Source: Gammaproteobacteria bacterium
GTDB taxonomy: Bacteria; Pseudomonadota; Gammaproteobacteria; Acidiferrobacterales; SZUA-150
Reading direction: 5' to 3'
DNA length: 64,000 nt
Assembly (NCBI GenBank): GCA_029880545.1
Contig: JAOUOD010000007.1
Span: 134,354-198,353, forward strand
This document shows, in pieces, positions 9,020-16,253 of this stretch; the first letter of the stretch is position 1, and each line of letters opens with the position of its first letter. The notes under the pieces are model-generated. The model searched no databases, had not been told where the DNA came from, and was given only the letters and a program-made list of their open reading frames with translations. The translations under genes and the position numbers were made by a program.

Positions 9020-9571
9020 ATGATGCCTGTCATTGGTGAGGCTGAATTCATAAAGGTAGAGAACCTCCGCCGCAAAGGCCTGGCCAGTCACCCGACTATC
9101 ATTACAGCGTGGCAGGAGAGTGAACTTGCCGGGTATCTTGAATACTGTCGAAGCTGGGATAACAAACGGGATATCTACATCGCCTCGCTACAGATTCTGC
9201 CACCGTACCGGGGCGGATGCTTGCTGGTGAAGTTGTTGCGCCAGGCAAGAACGTTATTGATGTGCGAGTCATTTGATCGCCTGGTAACGGAAGTGCAGGC
9301 AACCAATCAACAGGCGCTACGGCTGTACCAAAAACTCGGGTTCTCGATGTGTACGGGTCACGAACAAAAGAAGACCCGAAAGATTGAGGCCACGCCCGCC
9401 ATATTGCAAAGCGCCCTGATTGACAGGCTTGTGGCCGGGTACGGACGCACTTGTTTGGGCCAGGAGCGCCAGTCCTGGTTTCCCGTTTCCTTTGTCCGTA
9501 CTATCATTCGCACCAGATTCAATATTTGTGATACCTGCCTCGCGGGTATTCCTGTCCAGTCATTTATGTGA
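9020..9571 (+). CDS. GNAT family N-acetyltransferase
   Basis: 183 aa. ASLQILPPYRGGCLLVKLLRQA...NQQALRLYQKLGF is a typical GNAT acetyl-CoA-binding core. The last ~50 aa are not recognisable. Confidence 0.7.
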   Translation: MMPVIGEAEFIKVENLRRKGLASHPTIITAWQESELAGYLEYCRSWDNKRDIYIASLQILPPYRGGCLLVKLLRQARTLLMCESFDRLVTEVQATNQQALRLYQKLGFSMCTGHEQKKTRKIEATPAILQSALIDRLVAGYGRTCLGQERQSWFPVSFVRTIIRTRFNICDTCLAGIPVQSFM

Positions 9572-9586
9572 GGTCGAAGCTTCTGT

Positions 9587-9937
9587 ATGAACCCGGTTCT
9601 GACATCGGTTGGTTTGCTGGTATGCAGCAATGTTTTCATGACGTTTGCCTGGTATGCACATCTTAAAGAGTTGAGCAGCAAGCCCTGGGTTGTCGCCGCG
9701 CTGGTCAGCTGGGGAATTGCCTTGTTTGAATACCTGTTCCAGGTTCCGGCCAACCGGATAGGCTACACCGCGCTCAGTGTCGGCCAGCTCAAGATTATGC
9801 AGGAGGTTATTACCTTGTCGGTGTTCGTACCGTTCTCGCTTTTCTATTTGCGCGAACCGCTGAAACTGGATTACCTGTGGGCGGGGCTGTGCCTGCTGGG
9901 AGCGGTATTTTTCATGTTTAGGGAGAAGCTGGCGTGA
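9587..9937 (+). CDS. DMT-superfamily small membrane protein (DUF486-like)
   Basis: 116 aa with four hydrophobic segments. FMTFAWYAHLK...ALFEYLFQVPANRIGY matches my memory of the DUF486 family. Confidence 0.75.
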   Translation: MNPVLTSVGLLVCSNVFMTFAWYAHLKELSSKPWVVAALVSWGIALFEYLFQVPANRIGYTALSVGQLKIMQEVITLSVFVPFSLFYLREPLKLDYLWAGLCLLGAVFFMFREKLA

Positions 9938-10095
9938 TGAGCGAGTCTCTTTCGAGACTGGAGAGATTCTTTGCTGCCAAATGCTTTTCCGGGAATCGTC
10001 CCGCTTTCTCAGATGTTTTTGGTGTAATTCGAAAAGCGATCGCAAAGGCAGGCCTGGTAAGTAATGCAGGGGGGTTTGGTGACAATATCGCCTAA
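9937..10095 (+). CDS. possible small ORF (52 aa) translationally coupled to the DMT gene
   Basis: Its ATG overlaps the upstream stop (GTGATGA at 9934-9940). It translates to MSESLSRLERFFAAKCFSGNRPAFSDVFGVIRKAIAKAGLVSNAGGFGDNIA. It is below the track length cut-off and no homology was recognised. Confidence 0.25.
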   Translation: MSESLSRLERFFAAKCFSGNRPAFSDVFGVIRKAIAKAGLVSNAGGFGDNIA

Positions 10096-10590
10096 GTACT
10101 GAAATCATATGCCGCATTTTTTGCAATTTGAAAACGCATTAAGTGTTCGTTCAGGCCCAACCCGTACATTCGTTGCGGACTGATAAACGGCACGCGAGTC
10201 ACTTGTACGGAAAACCGGTTTTCCAGAACACCAGGGTTGTGAGCGCTGCGGGATGCAGCGAATCGAGGCAACCACCGCTATACTGAAAAATATTCATTTA
10301 AAATAGACTGGCTAGTGATTCGCGTCCTGTTGGTGTTTGGTTCCCGTGTGTTGTAATTTCTGCAATTCGGGGTCGTCATGGTGCGATGTGTCGAACAGGA
10401 AATCTATGGATCCAGTTCGATCATTCTGATTGAAAAAGTGCAAGAATAGTTTTATTTACAATTATAAATAAAGCGGAAATAAGTGAAGGAGGAATATTGT
10501 TATAATTTGTAACAGACACCAATATGTATTATGCAGAAATTAGCAGGAGCTGTATAATTTTACGAGGTATCATGAAGTGGGTATTTTGGG

Positions 10591-10962
10591 GTGAAGGAAT
10601 ACAGAACTGATTTTTGCAGCTTTTTTCGTCACGACAACGGCATTCTGGAAATTGTTGTTGATGAAGGCATTGAGGTGGATGACAAAAAAACCCAGCAGTT
10701 TCTGGATACGATCGCCGCTATTGAACCCAAGGTCGAGCTGGCCCTGGTCAATCGAATTAACAAGTATTCCTATACATTTAAGGCCAATATGATGCTGGCT
10801 TCGGCCAGGGTCGTCCCCTACGTTGCAGTTGTTAATTACAAGAGACCTCCGTGGCCGTTGAGCGGTGTATTTTTCCCAAAATTCTATAACCTGGCGTTTT
10901 TCGGCAAGTACCAGGAAGCCGAGCAGTGGTTACTGGGAAAAACTCAAAGGAAAAGTGCCTGA
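10591..10962 (+). CDS. hypothetical protein
   Basis: 123 aa with a GTG start and a weak RBS. It lies in an AT-rich region after a 460-bp gene-free stretch. No motif was recognised. Confidence 0.5.
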   Translation: MKEYRTDFCSFFRHDNGILEIVVDEGIEVDDKKTQQFLDTIAAIEPKVELALVNRINKYSYTFKANMMLASARVVPYVAVVNYKRPPWPLSGVFFPKFYNLAFFGKYQEAEQWLLGKTQRKSA

Positions 10963-10986
10963 TTTGATCGGGATCGATCGGGTTCC

Positions 10987-11288
10987 GGGTCGGACCAGCG
11001 TAAGCTCCTGTTTTTCTGTTAAAAACCATTCCAAATCGAGCAGTGTGTCGGCTTAAAAGGCGTGTTTTGAGCACTAAATACCGCCTCTAAGCTGAACTTG
11101 TTTGTGCAGTGCTTCGGCATGCGTGTCTGCAATCATGCGGAAAATTTTACCCCGGTAAGTCAGACCACCCATTTTGACGTTGAAACGGCGTTTTTAAGAG
11201 GAAAATAAGCTGTATATTTTGGCTATAAATCATTTATATTAAGTAGTTAGACAGGTCCGACCCACAGGCTAGGCCATAGGTCCGACCC
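10987..11288 (+). repeat. 277-bp MITE-like intergenic repeat, copy B (10987-11263), plus a second copy of the right terminal motif at 11279-11288
   Basis: GGGTCGGACC lies at 10987-10996 and GGTCCGACCC at 11254-11263, with GGTCCGACCC again at 11279-11288. It has the same orientation and the same length as copy A. Confidence 0.8.
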
Positions 11289-11316
11289 GGCAAGTCACGG
11301 CAAGTCAGGAGGGGGA

Positions 11317-11832
11317 ATGAGAACGAAAACGATTCGGTTTCTAATTGGTTTAGCGGCTATTTTTCTGATGTCATGCAATGACAGCGACAATTCCGGCGTG
11401 GGCAATGGCGTGGGCAATATTGATCTGCCGGAGATTGCGTTTACGGTGGTGGAAGAAGGGTATTACAGTCAGTACGGAAACTCGGTGACTGCACCGATAT
11501 TGCTGGTCTACGATAATCAGCCGGACTTTGATGCGTTTTGGGCCATGCATAAGTCAGGAGTCTATCCACCCAGTCCGGCGCCGGCAGTCGATTTTTCAGT
11601 TGATAGGGTGCTGGTGGTGATGGACAGCATAGAAGGTTCCAGCGGCTACACTTTAACCATTCAGAGAATTGTCGATTCCGGCAGCATACTGTCAGTTTAC
11701 GCCAGCAAGGTCATTCCAGGCAGTGGTTGCTTTGCATTAACTATATTGACCCAGCCTTACCAGATAGTGACGATTCCGACAACCAGCCAGGCAATCAGTT
11801 TCAATCTGATCCAGACGATACGCAGCTGTTGA
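11317..11832 (+). CDS. hypothetical lipoprotein (possible PrcB-like C-terminal domain)
   Basis: 171 aa. GGAGGGGG lies before the ATG. The signal peptide has the lipobox FLMS-C. The C-terminal SGYTLTIQRIV...VYASKVIPGSGC loosely recalls PrcB_C. Confidence 0.65.
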   Translation: MRTKTIRFLIGLAAIFLMSCNDSDNSGVGNGVGNIDLPEIAFTVVEEGYYSQYGNSVTAPILLVYDNQPDFDAFWAMHKSGVYPPSPAPAVDFSVDRVLVVMDSIEGSSGYTLTIQRIVDSGSILSVYASKVIPGSGCFALTILTQPYQIVTIPTTSQAISFNLIQTIRSC

Positions 11833-11866
11833 CAGCTGGCACTGATGCTCAGCGGTAAGTTGCTTA

Positions 11867-12157
11867 ATGCCTGAACTTCGCGCCGTGCTGAAAGTCAAAG
11901 TCGTGCCGGGTTCATCAAAAGACGCCATAGTCGGCTGGATGGGCGATGAATTGCGCATCAAGGTGATGGCACCTCCCGAGAAGGGCAAGGCCAACCAGGC
12001 GGTTATCAGGTTGTTGGCCAAGGCGTTGAAGCTGTCGCGAGACAGCATACAAATTGTTTCCGGCGAAACATCGCCGCACAAGCAGGTTGAGATTACCGGC
12101 CTGTCATTGGACGCGGTTTTCCTGGCGCTCGGGACCGGGCCGGGAACTGATTCATAA
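11867..12157 (+). CDS. DUF167 (YggU) family protein
   Basis: 96 aa. KVKVVPGSSKDAIVGW...LRIKVMAPPEKGKANQAVIRLLAKAL is the conserved YggU/DUF167 core. Confidence 0.85.
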   Translation: MPELRAVLKVKVVPGSSKDAIVGWMGDELRIKVMAPPEKGKANQAVIRLLAKALKLSRDSIQIVSGETSPHKQVEITGLSLDAVFLALGTGPGTDS

Positions 12158-12177
12158 ACACAAGCCAGTGCTGCTGA

Positions 12178-12642
12178 TCAGGATCTGAAGATTTGTTTCG
12201 GCCCCCGCGGTTGTTTATTTGACCACTGTTCTTCGTAATCACCCTGGCTGAATTCATCAATAATGCGACGCCAGAAATGCTGTGCGGGCAGGTTCAGTTC
12301 CTGCTGGGCGATATGCCATTCGCCCGGAAACATGCGAAATAGTTGATGGGCGACTGCCCGGCCAGCACCACGTTTTCGGCAGCTTCTCACGATAAAGAAC
12401 TCGGCGATGGAGTAGCAGTCCGGACCCAGTTCCCGCACCAGCGCAAAGCCGGCAACCTTGCCGTTGATCAGCACGGTAAAGGGATGGCGGTCGGTATCCG
12501 TCCAGTAGCAATCGAAATACGGGTCCGTGCCAAAACGCCCCGAGTCATCCGGCATGGCGTCATCGAAGATACTCAAGTCATGGCGATACAATTCCACCAG
12601 GTTCCGCAGTACATGTTTTTTCGCTTCCGGGGTGATCTGCAC
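12178..12642 (-). CDS. GNAT family N-acetyltransferase
   Basis: 154 aa. FFIVRSCRKRGAGRAVAHQLF is a GNAT motif A (R/Q-x-x-G-x-G/A). Confidence 0.8.
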   Translation of the reverse strand: MQITPEAKKHVLRNLVELYRHDLSIFDDAMPDDSGRFGTDPYFDCYWTDTDRHPFTVLINGKVAGFALVRELGPDCYSIAEFFIVRSCRKRGAGRAVAHQLFRMFPGEWHIAQQELNLPAQHFWRRIIDEFSQGDYEEQWSNKQPRGPKQIFRS

Positions 12643-12897
12643 GTCGATGTTTATGGCATATTCCTTCCGGCTTTGCAGCTGCCCGGGTAACCGATATTCG
12701 CGATTTTCCGGTTCGGCATTGTAGCGGAAATAACCTACCCTGTGTGGCGACCAAAGGGTGACGAGCCTGGGTCACAGGATAAGTTGTCGCGTATCGAACG
12801 TTTGCCCGATGCATTCGGATGCCGAGCAAGGCAATCTCTCGATGGTTGCTGCACTATTGCAGCGGCACTGATCGTTCACCCGGGGATTGCTGCAGCC

Positions 12898-14148
12898 ATG
12901 ACGACCCTGAAACTTTTCCTGGCGATTCTCCTGGCCGTATTTGGGCAACTGGCTGTATTTGGCCTGGTGTTGCTGGTACGGCGCTGGCAGGTGTACCGTC
13001 AGCTGAAGCAGCAATGCTATGGCGCGGTTCCTGCTGCGACACTGGTATCAACAACGTCCTGGCAGGACTGGCGACCCCTGCGCGTGCAACGCAAGGTTTT
13101 TGAGGATGCGGCGCATTCAGTTTGTTCGTTCTATCTCGAGCCGGCAGATGACTATTCCTTGCCCGCCTATCGACCGGGGCAGTACCTGACCTTCCGGTTT
13201 TCCGTTGCTGTTCCGGCTGCAGGCTCTGTTGCAACTGAGATGCGCCCGGCCATACGCTGCTATTCGCTTTCTGACAAACCTGGTCAGCGCTACTACCGAA
13301 TCACGGTAAAGAAAGTTCAGCCCGCCGGCCTGGTGTCCGGCCATTTACACGACCAGGTCAGTGAAGGCGACATGCTCGAGGTAAAATCCCCGGCCGGGCA
13401 CTTTTACTGGTCACCGGAAGTGGAGGAGCCCATTGTGTTGATTGCAGGCGGCATTGGTATTACGCCGGTATTAAGCATGTTGTATTCGCTGCTGGAACAT
13501 GATCCGGATCATGAAACCTGGTTTTTTTATGGCGTGCGTAATGGTGCGGAGCACTTGTTCAAGTCGGAATTGCAGGATCTGGCTGTATCCCATCCCAGCC
13601 TGAAACTGAAAGTATGTTACAGCCGCGCTGATGAGACCGATGTGCGTGACCGGGATTATCAATTTGACGGGCGGGTGGACATCAGCTTGTTGCGCCAGGT
13701 GCTGCCACTGAAGTCATTCCGATTTTATATCTGTGGGCCGAAAGCAATGATGGAAAGCCTGGTGCCGGCCCTGGAAAGTTGGGGTGTGCCTGATCATCAA
13801 GTGCATTACGAGGCCTTTGGCCCGGCCACGATTAATCGACCATCCTCTACCCGGAGTATTGCCAGCAGTGTTGCTGCTGAAAAGGCCGGAAAAGCCCTGA
13901 CTGTCCGCTTCAGTCAATCCGGCAAGCTGGTGCAATGGGATGACCGTTATTCCAGCTTGCTTGAGTTGGCGGAGCGCAATGGCATCAAGCCGGATTTTGG
14001 TTGCCGTGCAGGAAGTTGTGGCAGTTGCCAGACAGTTATCGAATCCGGAGAAGTGCATTACAACCAGGAGCCTGATGCCGATGTACCGGCAGGCGCCTGC
14101 CTGTTATGCATCAGTCGACCGGAAACCGACCTGACGCTGGCGGGGTAG
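12898..14148 (+). CDS. membrane-anchored FNR-type FAD/NAD(P)H oxidoreductase with C-terminal 2Fe-2S ferredoxin domain
   Basis: Track ORF 12742..14148. The likely start is the ATG at 12898 (MTTLKLFLAILLAVFGQLAVFGLVLLV, one TM helix, then RRWQVYRQLK). Motifs are RCYSLSD (RxYS FAD motif), GGIGITPVLSM, FYICGP, and CRAGSCGSCQT...CLLC (plant-type 2Fe-2S). Confidence 0.85.
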   Translation: MTTLKLFLAILLAVFGQLAVFGLVLLVRRWQVYRQLKQQCYGAVPAATLVSTTSWQDWRPLRVQRKVFEDAAHSVCSFYLEPADDYSLPAYRPGQYLTFRFSVAVPAAGSVATEMRPAIRCYSLSDKPGQRYYRITVKKVQPAGLVSGHLHDQVSEGDMLEVKSPAGHFYWSPEVEEPIVLIAGGIGITPVLSMLYSLLEHDPDHETWFFYGVRNGAEHLFKSELQDLAVSHPSLKLKVCYSRADETDVRDRDYQFDGRVDISLLRQVLPLKSFRFYICGPKAMMESLVPALESWGVPDHQVHYEAFGPATINRPSSTRSIASSVAAEKAGKALTVRFSQSGKLVQWDDRYSSLLELAERNGIKPDFGCRAGSCGSCQTVIESGEVHYNQEPDADVPAGACLLCISRPETDLTLAG

Positions 14149-14152
14149 CAAC

Positions 14153-14731
14153 ATGATGCGCTCACTGATGCTTCGCGAAGTGCTGCCGTTCCTGTTCATG
14201 CTGAGCATGCTGTTTGTCGGTATTATCGCAGTTGATCAATTGTTGCATGTGCTGGACCTGGTCTGGGTGGGACGCTACCTGGGGATTCCAGGGGTGTTGC
14301 TGATCCTGTTGGCGTTTATGTATTCGTTGCGAAAACGACGCATCATAACGCTTGGCAAGGCATCATCATGGTTGCGCGCACACGAAGCCATGACCTGGAC
14401 CGGCTCATTGCTCATCCTGGTACATGCCGGCGTGCATTTCAACGCAGTACTGCCGTGGCTGGCAACCCTGGTCATGACCGTCAATGTCATCAGCGGTCTT
14501 GTTGGCAAGTTTCTTCTTGATCGTTCGCGACGCGAGCTGGAGGCCAGGAAGAGTGCGATGACAGGTCGTGGCATGAGTGAAGCGGATATTGAGCGCACGC
14601 TGTTCTGGGACGCGGTAACGCTCGAGCTGATGAAAAAATGGCGCGCCGTGCATTTCCCCATCACCCTGGCATTTGTGGTACTGGCGCTGGGTCACATCAT
14701 CAGTATCTTTCTGTTCTGGCAGTGGCGCTGA
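14153..14731 (+). CDS. His-rich ~4-TM membrane protein (possible haem-b relay)
   Basis: 192 aa, starting 4 nt after the upstream stop. It has about four hydrophobic segments. His residues lie in or next to these segments (LLHVLD, LVHAGVHF, AVHFPI, LGHIIS). Confidence 0.7.
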   Translation: MMRSLMLREVLPFLFMLSMLFVGIIAVDQLLHVLDLVWVGRYLGIPGVLLILLAFMYSLRKRRIITLGKASSWLRAHEAMTWTGSLLILVHAGVHFNAVLPWLATLVMTVNVISGLVGKFLLDRSRRELEARKSAMTGRGMSEADIERTLFWDAVTLELMKKWRAVHFPITLAFVVLALGHIISIFLFWQWR

Positions 14732-15753
14732 TGAAACCGGTAACCATAATTATCTGGCTCAATCTTGCTGCCATCGCGGTACTGGTGATGGTGTACCCGC
14801 AGTTGATGATCAGTCCCGGCGCATTGCTGGAGGGCCATGCTGATTTGACCGGGGACTGTTTTGCCTGTCATACACCGTTTCTGCGCAGCGCCCCGGAAAA
14901 CTGCATCGCCTGCCACAAGCTTGACGACATTGGTATACGGACAACGACAGGCAAAAAGATTGAGAAAAAACCAGGACAGGTACCGTTTCACCAGCGGCTG
15001 ATGGAATCGGATTGCGTTGCCTGTCACAGTGATCACCAGGGCGTGAAAGTGTATCGCTTGATCCACCGGTTCTCGCATGACCTGTTAAAGGAATCGGGAC
15101 GTGAGCAATGCAAGGCCTGTCATGACAAGCCCGATGATACCTTGCATCAGCCAATTACCATGAACTGTAATGCCTGCCATGAAACCGGAAAGTGGACACC
15201 GGCGGCATTTGATCATAACCGTTATTTCACGCAATCAGGGAGCCGTGATTGCCTGGATTGCCATAAACCGTATGATGATCGCCTGCACCGAAACAGTCGC
15301 GCTGCCTGTGACAGTTGCCACACTACACGCGAATGGGTGCCGGCAAAGTTTGATCATCGAAGTTACTTCAGTGCTACCAATGACAGGCTGTGTTCCGGTT
15401 GTCATGCCACGCTTGACGACAGGCTTCATCGTCAATTACGGGGAAGCTGCGACAGTTGTCATACTATCGAGGCATGGAAGCCGGCGACGTTCGACCACGA
15501 CGACTACTTCCGGTTTGACCGGCACCATGATACGGAGTGTGAAACCTGTCATACGGGTCACGATTACAGTAAATACACATGTTATGGCTGTCATGAGCAC
15601 AGTCCTGCCGGGGTGAGGGAGGAGCACATGGAGGAGGGTATTCGTGATTTTAGCCAGTGTACAGAATGTCATCGTAGTGGCGATGAGCATGAAGCGGAGC
15701 GAATCTGGAAGCAGAAGCGCGGCTTGTCCTCCGGAACAAAGTACGATGACTGA
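14731..15753 (+). CDS. dodecahaem c-type cytochrome (cytochrome c3-like family), N-terminally anchored
   Basis: The ATG at 14731 overlaps the upstream stop (TGATG). The N-terminal hydrophobic segment is VTIIIWLNLAAIAVLVMVY. There are 12 CXXCH motifs: CFACH, CIACH, CVACH, CKACH, CNACH, CLDCH, CDSCH, CSGCH, CDSCH, CETCH, CYGCH, CTECH. Confidence 0.9.
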   Translation: MKPVTIIIWLNLAAIAVLVMVYPQLMISPGALLEGHADLTGDCFACHTPFLRSAPENCIACHKLDDIGIRTTTGKKIEKKPGQVPFHQRLMESDCVACHSDHQGVKVYRLIHRFSHDLLKESGREQCKACHDKPDDTLHQPITMNCNACHETGKWTPAAFDHNRYFTQSGSRDCLDCHKPYDDRLHRNSRAACDSCHTTREWVPAKFDHRSYFSATNDRLCSGCHATLDDRLHRQLRGSCDSCHTIEAWKPATFDHDDYFRFDRHHDTECETCHTGHDYSKYTCYGCHEHSPAGVREEHMEEGIRDFSQCTECHRSGDEHEAERIWKQKRGLSSGTKYDD

Positions 15754-15797
15754 TGCCGGCTGACTGGTACCAGGAGCGTGGTCCCTGGCCCGGGATT

Positions 15798-16253
15798 TTA
15801 CCACTCAATAGTGATGACTATTTGATCATTGAACAGGCCCGGTATCGCTTTTTGTTCTGCCGGGATGATCCCGTAGACAGTGTGACGATTGATCATCTGG
15901 CCACTGACGCCGGACATGGCTGTGCTTCCGGATGTACCATCACCCCAGATACGTGTTCCGGCGGCATCCTGGTACAGGTTGTAGCGAAGAGTATCCTTGT
16001 CGCTCTTTAATGTGCGATTAAACCCGTTTGCGAACAGGCCGGCATCAAGTGATATGTTATAGGGAATACCGGGTACGTCACAGCTGACATTTATGAATGT
16101 AGTGGTGCGTAGTGGTGTCGGGCTTAATATGTCATAACTGCCAAAGCGGACCGGGGCGATGGCCATGTCGCAGTCCTGGGCCATGACGTTGGCAGCAAGG
16201 ATTGCCGGTAACAGTGCGATCAGGTTATTGTGCTTCACAGTACACCTCGTCAA
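15798..16253 (-). CDS. spore coat U (SCPU) domain pilus subunit, distal gene of the cluster
   Basis: 151 aa with a signal peptide. The end ...LFNDQIVITIEW and LRYNLYQDAAGTRIWGDG are typical of SCPU/Csu subunits. The gene overlaps the usher 3' end by 29 nt. Confidence 0.8.
   Translation of the reverse strand: MTRCTVKHNNLIALLPAILAANVMAQDCDMAIAPVRFGSYDILSPTPLRTTTFINVSCDVPGIPYNISLDAGLFANGFNRTLKSDKDTLRYNLYQDAAGTRIWGDGTSGSTAMSGVSGQMINRHTVYGIIPAEQKAIPGLFNDQIVITIEW

Noticed and set aside
9560-10126. A 188-aa minus-strand ORF.
   Set aside because: It overlaps the motif-supported DMT (DUF486) gene on the opposite strand. Its composition is Arg/Gln/His-rich and not protein-like.
10130-10590. A 460-bp AT-rich gene-free stretch, examined for an sRNA, riboswitch or tRNA.
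   Set aside because: I found no conserved RNA motif, stable terminator or tRNA-like structure. It is most likely a promoter or regulatory region, or horizontally acquired spacer DNA.
3357-12157. A run of about eleven small same-strand genes (GNAT, methyltransferases, lipoproteins, hypotheticals) with repeats ending in GTTAGAC (a GTTRRRY-like core). I considered a chromosomal integron cassette array.
   Set aside because: No attC-like imperfect palindrome is visible in most intergenic gaps (768-880, 7121-7253, 8122-8180, 8944-9020, 9571-9587). The repeat is 277 bp, far longer than attC sites. No matching RYYYAAC partner was found, and no intI or attI lies in the window.
12742-12897. The upstream extension of the reductase ORF, and likewise 14638-14730 for the cytochrome ORF.
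   Set aside because: The extensions overlap the neighbouring gene or promoter region and encode no recognisable sequence. The internal ATGs (12898 and 14731) give a canonical N-terminal TM helix, and 14731 also gives a TGATG coupling.
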